Numbered from the stretch's first letter, positions 29,413-39,679 are shown. The stretch: DNA of 64,000 bases from Candidatus Hydrogenedentota bacterium (GCA_034669905.1 JAXMOL010000002.1:128001-192000); one strand, 5' to 3'. Notes: generated by a model not told the origin, from the sequence alone. Program-made: numbers and translations.

Positions 29413-30948
29413 TCACTTCGCGTCGACCGTCACACCCGGCCAGTCATCGGTCCGGAAGGGGCTCGCAGGCAAGCCGGCTTCGTTGTACAGCGTAGACACC
29501 GGATTGTCGGCCCAACCATAACGGACGGCCTTGGGCGCGGGCACGGCGTCCGAGGAAACGATAACCTTCTTGCCCTTGACCTCGGCATCGGCCCAGACAA
29601 ATTGCTGGTCTTCACCGGCAATCATAAAGCCCTTCAGTTCACCCGCCTTGGGGTGAAGGCCCTTGGCATAGTCGAAGGAAATGACGACCTTGTTGCCATC
29701 GATAGTGTGGGATTTATACAAGGGTCCCGACGGCACAACATCGCGCATGCCATAGTCGAAACGCAGCGCCCACCGGGCCAATCGCTTGCCCACATCCTGC
29801 TTGTTACGGGGATGGATGTCACCGGCCTCACCGATGTCGATGGCCGAGGCCATACCGGTGTTTTTCAGTTCCAGGGTCATCAACTGCGCTTCCCGCAGTT
29901 CCGCCCAATCACTATCGGCCACGGGCTCTTCCACACGCTTCTTATAGTTGGCCAGCTGCACGAAGTAAAAGGGAAAGTCCCCCTGGTCCCAATGCATGCG
30001 CCAGTCTTCAATCATGGCGGGGAAAATCGTGCGGTATTGAAAGGCACGGCTGGCGTTCGATTCGCCCTGATACCAGATGGCACCCTTAATACCAAAGGGT
30101 ACAATGGGATGAATCATGCCGTTGTAGAGACTCGAAATACGGTGGGGATGATCGGGACCATAGGGCGCACGAGGCTGACGTGCCTTAGTCTCACCCGCAT
30201 CCTTCTTCGCCTTCCACTCGGCCACAGTCTTGTCATAGGCCGCCTTCGTTTCCGGCCACTTCGCCAGAACGTCTTCCCAGCGTTTCGTAATCGGTGCAAA
30301 GGCCGCCACCTTGTCCACCGTCTCCGGGCTCGTCCAGGATTCCGAGGGCGTACCGCCCCACGACGTGTGAATCAGGCCCACGGGGATGTTCAGTTTCTGG
30401 TGCAACTCGCGCCCGAAGAAATAAGCCACGGCCGAAAAACCGGGAATGGTCTCCGGCGTGCACACCTGCCACGTGCCCTCACAATCTTCCTGCGGCGTAT
30501 CGGCGACCACGCGCTTGACAGAGAAAAGCCGGAGGTTGGGATACTTCGCCGCCGCGATTTCCTTTTCCGGATCGTTCGACTGTTTTACACTCCACTGCAT
30601 GTTGGACTGGCCGGAGCCCACCCACACTTCGCCGATGAGGATGTCATCGAAATAAAGCGACTCGGCTCCCAGGCTCACCCGCAGGTCATAGGCCGTGTTA
30701 CCTGCCGACATGGAATCCAACGCCGCCATCCAGCGTCCATCGGCACCCACCGTCACCTCCTGTACCCGATCACCAAACTGGACCGTCAGCACCGCGCCCG
30801 GATCGGCCTTACCCCAAATGGGATTCTTCTGTTTCTGCTGCAACACCATGTGGCTGCTGAAGATGCTCGGCATCCACAATTCCGCCTGGGCACTCAGCCC
30901 CACCGCAACGACAATGGCCAGCAGACCGAGATGACGAAGTATACGCAT
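29413..30948 (-). CDS. Sialate O-acetylesterase (SASA/SGNH), secreted
   Basis: GEVWVGSGQSNM, WGGT, WYQGESN, FYFVQLA, DIHP, RYGW. Confidence 0.94.
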   Translation of the reverse strand: MRILRHLGLLAIVVAVGLSAQAELWMPSIFSSHMVLQQKQKNPIWGKADPGAVLTVQFGDRVQEVTVGADGRWMAALDSMSAGNTAYDLRVSLGAESLYFDDILIGEVWVGSGQSNMQWSVKQSNDPEKEIAAAKYPNLRLFSVKRVVADTPQEDCEGTWQVCTPETIPGFSAVAYFFGRELHQKLNIPVGLIHTSWGGTPSESWTSPETVDKVAAFAPITKRWEDVLAKWPETKAAYDKTVAEWKAKKDAGETKARQPRAPYGPDHPHRISSLYNGMIHPIVPFGIKGAIWYQGESNASRAFQYRTIFPAMIEDWRMHWDQGDFPFYFVQLANYKKRVEEPVADSDWAELREAQLMTLELKNTGMASAIDIGEAGDIHPRNKQDVGKRLARWALRFDYGMRDVVPSGPLYKSHTIDGNKVVISFDYAKGLHPKAGELKGFMIAGEDQQFVWADAEVKGKKVIVSSDAVPAPKAVRYGWADNPVSTLYNEAGLPASPFRTDDWPGVTVDAK

Positions 30949-31190
30949 GTGTTTGTATTCCTTCCTGCAAGAGTTTCTTTCAAAAGCACAAGGAAGAAAG
31001 CGTAACAAAATGAGGGGGGAAGGGCAAGACGACGGGAGATGAACTATCAAAACGCCTTGACCGGTAGTCTCGTGGGCTCGGGTTGGAGTCTGGCCGCCGT
31101 GATTTCGAGCTCTTGACTGGGTATGGCTATGAGTTCAGCCCGTAATGAACTACGCATGGGCATCTCTGCATGGTGGATATTCCTCCTCGC

Positions 31191-31220
31191 TTTACAAGTC
31201 TACGAGACCCGCGTTAAAAT
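31191..31220 (+). promoter_or_regulatory. Possible sigma70 promoter of the ABC operon
   Basis: TTTACA-N18-TAAAAT. Confidence 0.45.
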
Positions 31221-31264
31221 CCACCCCGTAGCAGAAGCCCCAGGTGGTTGAGGAGTGTCTACCC

Positions 31265-32200
31265 GTGAGTGCAATTGTCACCAAGAACCTGAGCAAGATT
31301 TACCGCGAAGTCGGCAAGGCCTCGGTGAAATCGCTGGATGGCCTCGATCTGACGATTGAAGAGAATGAGGTCTATGGCTTCCTGGGCCGTAATGGTGCCG
31401 GGAAGACCACGACCATCAAGATTCTCTGTAGCCTGCTGAAACCCACTTCGGGGGAGGCCTTTGTCTTCGGAGAAAACGTCCGCACCCCCCAGGCCCGACA
31501 ACACATCGGCTATCTCCCTGAGCAACCCTATTTCTACGAGTACCTCACCCCCCGGGAAACCCTCGATTTCTACGGCAAACTCCGCAACTTGAGCCCGGCC
31601 GAGCGGGATCACCAATGGGACAAGCTCTCGGAGCTCCTCGACCTGCGGGATATTGCCCATCAGCGCATTAAGGGCTTCTCCAAGGGCATGCGCCAGCGTA
31701 TCGGCTTTGCCGTGGCCCTGATGGGTGACCCACCCTTACTTATACTTGACGAGCCCATGAGTGGCCTCGACCCCATTGGACGCCGCATGATCCGTGATAT
31801 CATCATGCGCTGTCGCGATGAAAAGAAGACCCTCTTCTTCAGCTCCCACGTCATGAGCGATGTGGAACAAATCTGCGACCGGGTCAGTATCCTGGTCAAA
31901 GGTAAACTGACCCACCGCGGGCGTATCGACCAGCTACTGGCCAGCCAGACTAAGACCGTGGAAATCATCACGGCGGGCCTCTCCGATGAAACGCGGGGCA
32001 ACCTGCGCGAGCGTGCCACCGACTACCGCGCACTGGACGAGCAGGATATCTTCGTCTTTCCCGATGAGGCCGCCGCCAATGATGCGGTGCAACAACTCCA
32101 ACAACAGGGTGGACGCATCGTCCAATTTACCCCCATTCGGGAATCCCTCGAAGACTTTTTCCTCCGCCAACAGACACCGACCAACGAGGAGGCCTCCTGA
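31265..32200 (+). CDS. ABC-2 type exporter ATP-binding protein (PilH-like)
   Basis: GRNGAGKTT, FSKGMRQR, ILDEPMSGLDPIGR, SSH; GAGGAG RBS before GTG 31265. Confidence 0.93.
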   Translation: MSAIVTKNLSKIYREVGKASVKSLDGLDLTIEENEVYGFLGRNGAGKTTTIKILCSLLKPTSGEAFVFGENVRTPQARQHIGYLPEQPYFYEYLTPRETLDFYGKLRNLSPAERDHQWDKLSELLDLRDIAHQRIKGFSKGMRQRIGFAVALMGDPPLLILDEPMSGLDPIGRRMIRDIIMRCRDEKKTLFFSSHVMSDVEQICDRVSILVKGKLTHRGRIDQLLASQTKTVEIITAGLSDETRGNLRERATDYRALDEQDIFVFPDEAAANDAVQQLQQQGGRIVQFTPIRESLEDFFLRQQTPTNEEAS

Positions 32201-32961
32201 TGCGTATCCTCACCATTGCCCAGAACACCTTTCGGGAGTCCATCCGCGACAAAGTCCTCTATGTCTTGCTCTTCTTCGCAGCCGTCACCATATTTGGTTC
32301 CAAGGCCCTGGGCTGGATCAGCATCGGACAGGACATCAAGATCGTCAAAGATATTGCCCTGAGTGCCACGTCTGTTTTCGGCATTCTCATTGCCATCTTC
32401 GTGGGCACGAGCCTCATCTACAAAGAAATCGACAAGCGTACGCTCTACACCATCCTCGCCCAGCCCATGCAGCGCTATGAGTTTATTCTCGGGAAATACC
32501 TGGGGCTCATTACCTTGCTGGCCGTGGTAACCGTCACCATGACGGTGGTGTCCTCAGTCTATATCCTCCTCCTCGGCGGCACGCTCCACACGACGTTTTT
32601 CCTGGCTATCCTGCTGATATACGCCAAGCTCATGCTCATCACCGCCTTCGCGGTCCTCATGTCTTCCCTGACGTCGCCTATACTTGGGGCCATCATCGTC
32701 TTCTCCGTGGCGGTCTTCGGCCATGCCACCGAGGTCTTCCGCGATTTGCCCCCCCAATTTGACGGAACCTCCGCCAAGGCCCTCCTCGAAGCGGCCTACT
32801 ATGTCATCCCCAATCTGAGCAACTTCGACATCGCCCGGGAAGCCGCCAATGGCATCGATGTCTCCGGCGCCTACGTCGTCTGGGTCCTGGTCTACGGCCT
32901 CATGTATACCGTGACGTTGCTCATCCTGGCGGCCCTTGCCTTTCAGGAAAAGGACGTGTGA
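32200..32961 (+). CDS. ABC-2 permease (PilI-like)
   Basis: IAQNTFRESIRDKVLY, KEIDKRTLYTILAQP, EFILGKYLG; about 6 TM helices. Confidence 0.9.
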   Translation: MRILTIAQNTFRESIRDKVLYVLLFFAAVTIFGSKALGWISIGQDIKIVKDIALSATSVFGILIAIFVGTSLIYKEIDKRTLYTILAQPMQRYEFILGKYLGLITLLAVVTVTMTVVSSVYILLLGGTLHTTFFLAILLIYAKLMLITAFAVLMSSLTSPILGAIIVFSVAVFGHATEVFRDLPPQFDGTSAKALLEAAYYVIPNLSNFDIAREAANGIDVSGAYVVWVLVYGLMYTVTLLILAALAFQEKDV

Positions 32962-32963
32962 CC

Positions 32964-33983
32964 ATGGCCCGCCGCATCATCGCCGCCATCTGCGCCCTGG
33001 CCGTCTTTCTCGGAGCAGTGGCTGCCCAGCGCCAGGTCAATGCCGTCCGCGCTGCTGAGCAAGGGGAAGAGATCCTCTTTCTGCCCAATCAAAAACTCCT
33101 CAATCACTTCACGGGCGGCATGAATAACGTGGTGGCCGATCTGCTCTGGCTCCGCTGCATCCAATACATTGCCACCGAGTCCAAGGGCGACCGCAATTTC
33201 ACCTGGCTCAATCAGATGCTCAACACCGTCGTCCAGCTTGACCCCTATTTCGGCGATGCCTACCGCTATGGCGGCATGTTTCTCGCCGCCCTGAAATCTG
33301 ACGATGATGCCGGCATCGCCCTTCTGGAGCAAGGGGTGGTCGCCAATCCGCGCAACTTCCAGTTGCCCTATGAACTCGCCATGATCTTCCTCCTCAACCG
33401 GAAAGACGAGCCCGGCTCCAAAGAGCGCGCCACCTATTATCTCAGTATGGCCGCCGCCATCGACGGTTGCCCCGAATTCGTCCGCGATCTCGCCACCCAA
33501 CTGCAGGGACAATATGATCTGGCCGATGTGGAGCTCGCCATGTGGAACCGTATGGTCGACAGTGACGATAAGCTCCTCCGCGAAGTCGCCCAGCGAAAAC
33601 TCATCGAGATCGACATCCGCGCCCACACCGAGCAACTCAACCAGGCCATGCTGGCTTTCAATCAGCGTGCCGGACGCTTTCCCCAGTCTATCGAAGAGTT
33701 GGCCGCGGCCGGGATCATGCCCATCCCGGTTAATGATCCCCTGGGAGGAACCTTCTTCCTCGGTGAAGACGGCGTAATGCGTAACACCACCTTGCTCGAC
33801 GAAGAAAAGAAGAACCGGCTCAAGGTGATCAACAATCTCCTGAAGAGCTACAAGAACAAAGAGGACGACTGGCCGCCGACCCTCGACGCGCTGGTGGAAA
33901 AGGGGCTCATCCCCCAGCTACCGGAACACCCCTATCCCGGGCAGGCCTGGCGGTACGATGCCAGCAACGGGACCGTCGAGTAA
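32964..33983 (+). CDS. TPR-like periplasmic protein (PilG/XapA-like) with two pseudopilin-type C-terminal repeats
   Basis: ADLLWLRCIQY, QLDPYFGDAY, LLEQGVVANP; GRFPQSIEELAAAG...DPLGG and WPPTLDALVEKG...HPYPG. Confidence 0.7.
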   Translation: MARRIIAAICALAVFLGAVAAQRQVNAVRAAEQGEEILFLPNQKLLNHFTGGMNNVVADLLWLRCIQYIATESKGDRNFTWLNQMLNTVVQLDPYFGDAYRYGGMFLAALKSDDDAGIALLEQGVVANPRNFQLPYELAMIFLLNRKDEPGSKERATYYLSMAAAIDGCPEFVRDLATQLQGQYDLADVELAMWNRMVDSDDKLLREVAQRKLIEIDIRAHTEQLNQAMLAFNQRAGRFPQSIEELAAAGIMPIPVNDPLGGTFFLGEDGVMRNTTLLDEEKKNRLKVINNLLKSYKNKEDDWPPTLDALVEKGLIPQLPEHPYPGQAWRYDASNGTVE

Positions 33984-34099
33984 CCGGTCTCCCTGCGGGG
34001 TGTTGATAAGCAACTCTGTATACCCCCTTGCGCACGTCCGTACAACCCGCCGAACACCATCGTTCAAGCCGGCGCACCAACAGGTACCCCGGTTCATTC

Positions 34100-34128
34100 T
34101 TGACGGCGGCACGACGAGCCCGTATAGT
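34100..34128 (+). promoter_or_regulatory. sigma70 promoter upstream of pckG
   Basis: TTGACG-N17-TATAGT. Confidence 0.65.
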
Positions 34129-34186
34129 GCACAAACACCGTATGAGCGCGGGTCAATGTGTCTGCTGGAGCACCCACCACCCCAGC

Positions 34187-34203
34187 TTGGCACGTGAATT
34201 GCA
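34187..34203 (+). promoter_or_regulatory. sigma54 (-24/-12) promoter upstream of pckG
   Basis: TTGGCACGTGAATTGCA matches the consensus TGGCAC-N5-TTGCW. Confidence 0.8.
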
Positions 34204-34277
34204 CTGCTAGCCATATAACGGCAAGAGAATGAACAGTATTGATCGCAAGGTGGGCCCCCCTGGAAAGAGAGGTAGTT

Positions 34278-36128
34278 ATGGAAACGCCGTCTTATGTGAA
34301 ACATCAACGGCTCATTGCCTGGGTGCAGGAAGTTGCTGCACGCTGTAAGCCGGAGCGGGTAATCTGGTGCGATGGCTCCAAGGAAGAATACGACTCTCTC
34401 ATGGGCGAAATGACCGCCTCGGGCATGGCCATTAAGCTCAATGAAGAAAAGCGCCCCAACAGCTATCTCTTCCGCTCTGACCCCAAAGACGTGGCCCGGG
34501 TGGAGGATCGCACCTTCATCTGCAGCCGCCGCGAGCAGGATGCGGGCCCTACCAATAATTGGATGCAGCCCGAGGAAATGAAGAAAATCCTCAATGGCCT
34601 CTTCGACGGATGCATGCAAGGCCGCCCCATGTATGTCATTCCCTTTTGCATGGGTCCCCTGGGCTCCGACATAGCCCACATCGGCATCGAGATCACCGAT
34701 TCGCCCTATGTGGTCGTCAACATGCACCTCATGACCCGCGCCGGAAAGGCGGTCATTGAACAACTCGGTGAAGACGGCGAATTTGTGCCCTGCATTCATT
34801 CCGTAGGCCAACCCCTCGCGCCCGGACAGGAAGACGTGCCCTGGCCCTGCAATAATGACGAAAAGTATATCGTCCATTTCCCCGAAGAGCGGGCCATCAT
34901 GTCCTACGGCAGTGGCTACGGCGGCAACGCCCTCCTCGGCAAGAAATGCTTCGCCCTCCGCATCGCCTCCTGCATGGCCCGGGACCAGGGCTGGCTCGCC
35001 GAACACATGCTGATCCTCGGCGTGACCGAACCCAGTGGTGCCAAGACCTATGTAGCGGCCGCATTCCCCAGTGCCTGTGGCAAGACCAATTTCGCCATGC
35101 TCATTCCGCCGAAAGAACTCGACGGCTACAAAATCACCACCGTGGGCGACGATATCGCCTGGATTAAACCCGGCGACGACGGCAAACTCTACGCCATCAA
35201 CCCGGAAGCGGGCTTCTTTGGCGTAGCACCCGGCACCTCCTACGACTCCAACCCCAACGCTATGGAATCCATCAAGCGTGACTCCATCTTCACCAACGTG
35301 GCCCTCACGCCCGATGGCGATGTCTGGTGGGAAGGCATGACCGACGAAACGCCTCCCGAATTGACCGACTGGAACGGCAACCCCTGGACCGCCGACTGCG
35401 GACGGCCCTCCTCCCATCCCAATTCCCGATTTACGGCACCCCTCGCCAATTGCCCCTGTGCCGACCCGGCCTATGAAGACCCCAAGGGCGTGCCCCTGGA
35501 AGCCTTCATCTTTGGTGGCCGTCGCAGCTCAACGGTTCCCCTGGTGATGCAGGCCTACAATTGGAACTACGGCGTCTACCTCGCCGCCACCATGGGCTCC
35601 GAGACCACTGCTGCCGCAACCGGCGCGGTCGGTAACGTGCGCCGCGACCCCTTCGCCATGCTGCCCTTCATCGGATACCACATGGGCGACTACTGGAGCC
35701 ACTGGATGGACGTAGGCCGCTCCATTTCCAATCCCCCCCGCATTTTCGGGGTCAATTGGTTCCGTAAAGACAAAGACGGAAAATACGTGTGGCCTGGATT
35801 TGGCGACAACATGCGGATCCTCAAATGGATTGTGGATAAAGTCCACGGCCGCACCTACGCCGAAGAAAGTCCCCTCGGTTGGGTGCCCCGTTACGAGGAC
35901 ATCGACTGGACCGGCCTCGATTTCACCGAAGCCGAATTCGATGAGATCATGTCTGTCGACCGCGCCATCTGGGAAGCGGAGATTCTCTCCCACGAAGAGC
36001 TCTTCATCAAACTCTACGATCGCCTACCCAAAGAGTTCATGATGATTCGCCAGCTCACCCTGTCCCAACTCTGGCGTGCCCCCGAACATTGGGAACCCAC
36101 CCACGTCACCGCGCCCTACGTGAAATAA
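34278..36128 (+). CDS. pckG: Phosphoenolpyruvate carboxykinase (GTP)
   Basis: [66 protein letters not shown]. Confidence 0.97.
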   Translation: METPSYVKHQRLIAWVQEVAARCKPERVIWCDGSKEEYDSLMGEMTASGMAIKLNEEKRPNSYLFRSDPKDVARVEDRTFICSRREQDAGPTNNWMQPEEMKKILNGLFDGCMQGRPMYVIPFCMGPLGSDIAHIGIEITDSPYVVVNMHLMTRAGKAVIEQLGEDGEFVPCIHSVGQPLAPGQEDVPWPCNNDEKYIVHFPEERAIMSYGSGYGGNALLGKKCFALRIASCMARDQGWLAEHMLILGVTEPSGAKTYVAAAFPSACGKTNFAMLIPPKELDGYKITTVGDDIAWIKPGDDGKLYAINPEAGFFGVAPGTSYDSNPNAMESIKRDSIFTNVALTPDGDVWWEGMTDETPPELTDWNGNPWTADCGRPSSHPNSRFTAPLANCPCADPAYEDPKGVPLEAFIFGGRRSSTVPLVMQAYNWNYGVYLAATMGSETTAAATGAVGNVRRDPFAMLPFIGYHMGDYWSHWMDVGRSISNPPRIFGVNWFRKDKDGKYVWPGFGDNMRILKWIVDKVHGRTYAEESPLGWVPRYEDIDWTGLDFTEAEFDEIMSVDRAIWEAEILSHEELFIKLYDRLPKEFMMIRQLTLSQLWRAPEHWEPTHVTAPYVK

Positions 36129-36145
36129 CAGCCCCCAACGCCCAT

Positions 36146-36177
36146 CGCCCGGCGGTCCAACCGTCGGGCGTTTTTTT
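36146..36177 (+). terminator. Intrinsic terminator of pckG
   Basis: CGCCCGGCGG-loop-CCGTCGGGCG followed by T7. Confidence 0.85.
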
Positions 36178-36386
36178 CGACAGGAACTCGGACACTCCCA
36201 CCACTGGCGCGTCTTCGACCTGTCCGAGACAAAGCAAACACAAGACCGCAAGGGCAGTTGGCGTATGAACACAACACGCTGTGCAAGCCAATACCAACCT
36301 TCGCCCATCAACTTTATAACGAACGTCTATTCCTACCTACTGCTTATCGTAAACAGGAACTTGCCCCCCGGCAAATGTGCTCTTAC

Positions 36387-36899
36387 TCAAGTCAGAGGGA
36401 CCGATTTCATCGCATCCCGCAAAATCGCGTCTCCCTGCATTTGCAAAAATTGGTTGTATTTCGCGCTCGATAGCTGCTTCCCCATTGCATCGACACGCAG
36501 AAGCCACAGCGCTGCTTTTTCACCTTCCCCTTGGGCACCAAGCTCCTCGGCTTTCTGAATGGCCACATTCGCAAGGGCCCGGGCGGCTTTCCCGACGCTC
36601 ATGTTTTTGTCCTTTACGGAGGAGAGCTGGGGATCGACCGCCATTTGTTTAAAGTCCCATTCGCTTAGTCCAAGGCAGTCCACAATCTCCACGTCGGTAG
36701 CGTCCGCCTCGGTGCCCTCCAGCAGGAGCGGCACGGCCAGTTCCATATTACCCCCGAAACTCAGGGTGATGGCGCGTTCGATGACGTCAACTGTCAACCC
36801 CGCCGCCTTAACGGCTTCGTCGGCACTCTTGTCCGACGCACACGATGGGATAGTCAATACGGCAATAAACAAGACCGTCCCGCGATACCATTTTTTCAT
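36387..36899 (-). CDS. Hypothetical lipoprotein
   Basis: MKKWYRGTVLFIAVLTIPSC lipobox-like N-terminus; AAGGAG RBS. Confidence 0.7.
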   Translation of the reverse strand: MKKWYRGTVLFIAVLTIPSCASDKSADEAVKAAGLTVDVIERAITLSFGGNMELAVPLLLEGTEADATDVEIVDCLGLSEWDFKQMAVDPQLSSVKDKNMSVGKAARALANVAIQKAEELGAQGEGEKAALWLLRVDAMGKQLSSAKYNQFLQMQGDAILRDAMKSVPLT

Positions 36900-36999
36900 A
36901 GTTCCATACTCCTTTGGTAAAGTGAAGTGCGCTACACTTACCCAACCCTGCGGAACCTGTCCGCCCAGCCAGGCGTGTGATGCACTGTTGTAAATCCGA

Positions 37000-38307
37000 T
37001 TACTGCAGGATGTGTATTTCGCGTTCACGACTCCTGGGGGGGGCCCCCGCCCGCCACAGCCGAAAGCCGTCGCCGATGCGCTCGTACCGATAAGGAACGC
37101 CCAAGTAGGGATCCACGGGCAACGACGCAACATGACGCGGAACCAGTTCTTCCAAATCGTCGGGGTAACTGCCTTGTGCGATCTTGTATGCCCGGAGGGA
37201 AAGCGCGATGGTACTCAAGTCTCGGCAAATGGGTATATCAAAGTAACTCTCCACCGCCCGCACGTAGGCCGGAATAAGGATGGGGGGATAGTAGTAAAGC
37301 ACAAAGTTCAAATCGATGGCTTCGTGCTCTATTTTCTGGAGGTCTGCAGCGACATTTGTGGTCGGAGAATCCTTCAAGGTAACCAAAATACGGTCTGTCA
37401 GTTCGCCCATCTTCAAGAGCTGCATCGTATATTGGAGGCGGGTCGAATGGGATTCACCGGCAGGCCAGCCGTTCCACGCTTCGCTCACCATATGCCGGGT
37501 AAAGGTCGCTGGGTCCGCGATGCGGTCGAGTGTTTCGAGGTAGGCGGGTCCGAGGTCCGGCATGCTCGACGTGGCATTGAGCACGTGCTGAAGGGCACCG
37601 AAGTTTACTTTCACGAGTCCGACACGAATCATGTGGACCGCTAAGGTGGGATGCTTTCCTAGCAGCGCGACGAACTTGTTTCCCGCTTCCAGCCACGCGG
37701 ACGCGCTCTCCATACGTCCCGCGCGGGCCTCCACGATAGCCTTGGCCGCCAGACAATGGGCGATATCACGCATATGCTCTAATTCAGCAGGCCGTTTTCC
37801 CAGCTCGCTGAAATGCATTAGCACGCCTTGCTCAAGGCCCTCTGCTTCACGGAGCACGGCAAAGGCGGGTGCGAGCGCGGCCATTTTTTCCTGAACCTTG
37901 ACGTCGAGTTCCTCCGCCGTTGGAAGAGTAGCATCATCGCGACTCCCCCGCTTGTCAAACATACTCGGACCCATCACCAGGGCCTCATAGACCGACCAAT
38001 CGCCATGCGCTTCGTTCGCCTTGTCGATGAGATGGGTTGCATAGCCGTAGATGCGACCGGCGTCACGGGCGGGCTCCACCGGCTTTGGTACGAAGTCACG
38101 AAAATCCACTGCACCAAAGCGCGCGCGAAAGACTTCTCGCTGTTGTTGCAATTGGCGCCAGAGAATCTGGTCCGCGATGTGATAGCCGACAAAGAGCACC
38201 ACGACCAGTATCACAAGCACCCGGAAAAGCCGGATTAGCACCGGAATGAAGGGAGGCCAGGACTTGGTCGCTGACTTTTCTGTTGTTGAATGCATGCTGG
38301 ACTCCAC
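37000..38307 (-). CDS. Membrane-anchored helical protein with a pseudopilin-like C-terminal motif
   Basis: N-terminal TM; C-terminal YKIAQGSYPDDLEELVP...LPVDPYLGVPYRY. Confidence 0.7.
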   Translation of the reverse strand: MESSMHSTTEKSATKSWPPFIPVLIRLFRVLVILVVVLFVGYHIADQILWRQLQQQREVFRARFGAVDFRDFVPKPVEPARDAGRIYGYATHLIDKANEAHGDWSVYEALVMGPSMFDKRGSRDDATLPTAEELDVKVQEKMAALAPAFAVLREAEGLEQGVLMHFSELGKRPAELEHMRDIAHCLAAKAIVEARAGRMESASAWLEAGNKFVALLGKHPTLAVHMIRVGLVKVNFGALQHVLNATSSMPDLGPAYLETLDRIADPATFTRHMVSEAWNGWPAGESHSTRLQYTMQLLKMGELTDRILVTLKDSPTTNVAADLQKIEHEAIDLNFVLYYYPPILIPAYVRAVESYFDIPICRDLSTIALSLRAYKIAQGSYPDDLEELVPRHVASLPVDPYLGVPYRYERIGDGFRLWRAGAPPRSREREIHILQ

Positions 38308-38362
38308 GATAATCGTTTTTCTACCTATCGTTTCATTTCGTCAAGGAACCACACCCGGCTGG

Positions 38363-38731
38363 TTAGACTTGGGGAGGCCGCCGGAAGCGGAAGGGTCGAA
38401 CGAATGCATCCATCTCTTGGGCGATGATGAAATTTGCAATCGCTTCGTTCGACCGTTCCGGCAGTAGCGTTTCTACGTTTCGGGTCACCTCAGCTTGATA
38501 CACCGCATAGTCCGTCGCGCGCAGACTGCGGCGCACTTCCTCAGAGCCTTGTTCAAACCACGTGGCCCATGCCATCACCACCACCAACACGGCCGTTGAC
38601 CACTCCAATGTGCGTCTGAGACGGTGCCATTCCGATGGCCTGTGCGCCACGGCCTTCAAGACCTGTTCGCGAAGCGCTTCCGGAGGGGGCTGGAGCGCAA
38701 GAGCCTTCAGTTTCGTTTCAATCTCGACCAT
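38363..38731 (-). CDS. Probable single-pass anti-sigma factor
   Basis: Overlaps the ECF sigma stop; PPPEALREQVL motif followed by one TM helix. Confidence 0.65.
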   Translation of the reverse strand: MVEIETKLKALALQPPPEALREQVLKAVAHRPSEWHRLRRTLEWSTAVLVVVMAWATWFEQGSEEVRRSLRATDYAVYQAEVTRNVETLLPERSNEAIANFIIAQEMDAFVRPFRFRRPPQV

Positions 38732-39245
38732 GGGGCACCTCCTCGCTGTTCAGGGTTGCCTTTAATTTCGCAAGACCGTAGCGATATCGGCTGGCCACCG
38801 TATTGTTAGAAATACCGGTAATATGCGCGATTTCCCGAAACGTCATCTCTTCGTATATCTTCAAGACCACTACCTCCCGCTGTTCGACGGGCAAGGCTGT
38901 AAGCGCCTGAGAAACACGTTCGGCTTCCTCGTTGGCCATTAGATTACCGTCGGCCCCTCGTAGAACAGGGGGACCATCCGTTAACTCGGATGCTGATTTA
39001 TTACGCACGGCCTGTTTGCGCAGACGGCCGAGCGCCTCGTTGCGCGCAGCCCGATAGAGATAGCCCACAGGGTTGCGCAGCCCCAGCCAGGTCCGCGACT
39101 GCTCTAAGGCACGCAGGAATACCTCTTGGACCACATCCTCTGTTTCCGGGGCGCTTGCCAATAGGCTGTACACATATCCATAGACGCCCCGCGCGTGGGC
39201 GTCATAGAGCGCAGCGAGCGCCTTTCTGTCACCTGAAATACCGAT
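38718..39245 (-). CDS. ECF RNA polymerase sigma factor; start codon unclear
   Basis: GDRKALAALYDAHARGVYGY, EDVVQEVF, YLYRAARN, LPVEQREVVVLKIYEEMTFREIA, TVASRYRYGL. Homology extends upstream of GTG 39173 to in-frame TAG TAG at 39249-39254. Confidence 0.85.
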   Translation of the reverse strand: MGISGDRKALAALYDAHARGVYGYVYSLLASAPETEDVVQEVFLRALEQSRTWLGLRNPVGYLYRAARNEALGRLRKQAVRNKSASELTDGPPVLRGADGNLMANEEAERVSQALTALPVEQREVVVLKIYEEMTFREIAHITGISNNTVASRYRYGLAKLKATLNSEEVPHGRD

Positions 39246-39486
39246 AGTCTACTAACCCCTGGCCGATCTGCCTTTGGCGCTCATAGCATCCACTTTTACA
39301 GGAATAACGCGCGGACGTCTCTTTTTTGTCTAAGCAACCCAAAATTTCCATTCTTGATTGCCTGAGGAATACGTGAGCCACGATGCCGCCACAAATAGTG
39401 GCTTGAATCATACAGGCGGAATACTAAGGTGGTGGATAGAAGTCACCCAATTCTAGAATTTACTCCTCACCACAGCGAGTTTTCGC

Positions 39487-39566
39487 CCCTCCTTGAAGGG
39501 GCCGAGGGTGGGTCAGGTCACGAGAAGCGTTGCAAACCCACCCCTGCCCCCTCCCAGGAGGGGAAT
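39487..39566. repeat. Palindromic intergenic element (CCCCTCC...GAGGGG type)
   Basis: CCCCTCCTTGAAGGGGCCGAGGGTGGGT ... ACCCACCCCTGCCCCCTCCCAGGAGGGGAA imperfect inverted pair. Confidence 0.6.
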
Positions 39567-39679
39567 TGTTCGGCGGGCTGAATGAACTACAGGGGCCTAA
39601 TAAACTCCCCTTAATTGGAATCAAACCACTAGCACGCCGGAGGAGGGCGTATCCAAGCGCCTCCGCGAGTCATAGGGCA

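Noticed and set aside
14180..31000. Integron cassette array
   Set aside because: Genes are in mixed orientation with their own promoters; no intI and no attC R-box pattern seen.
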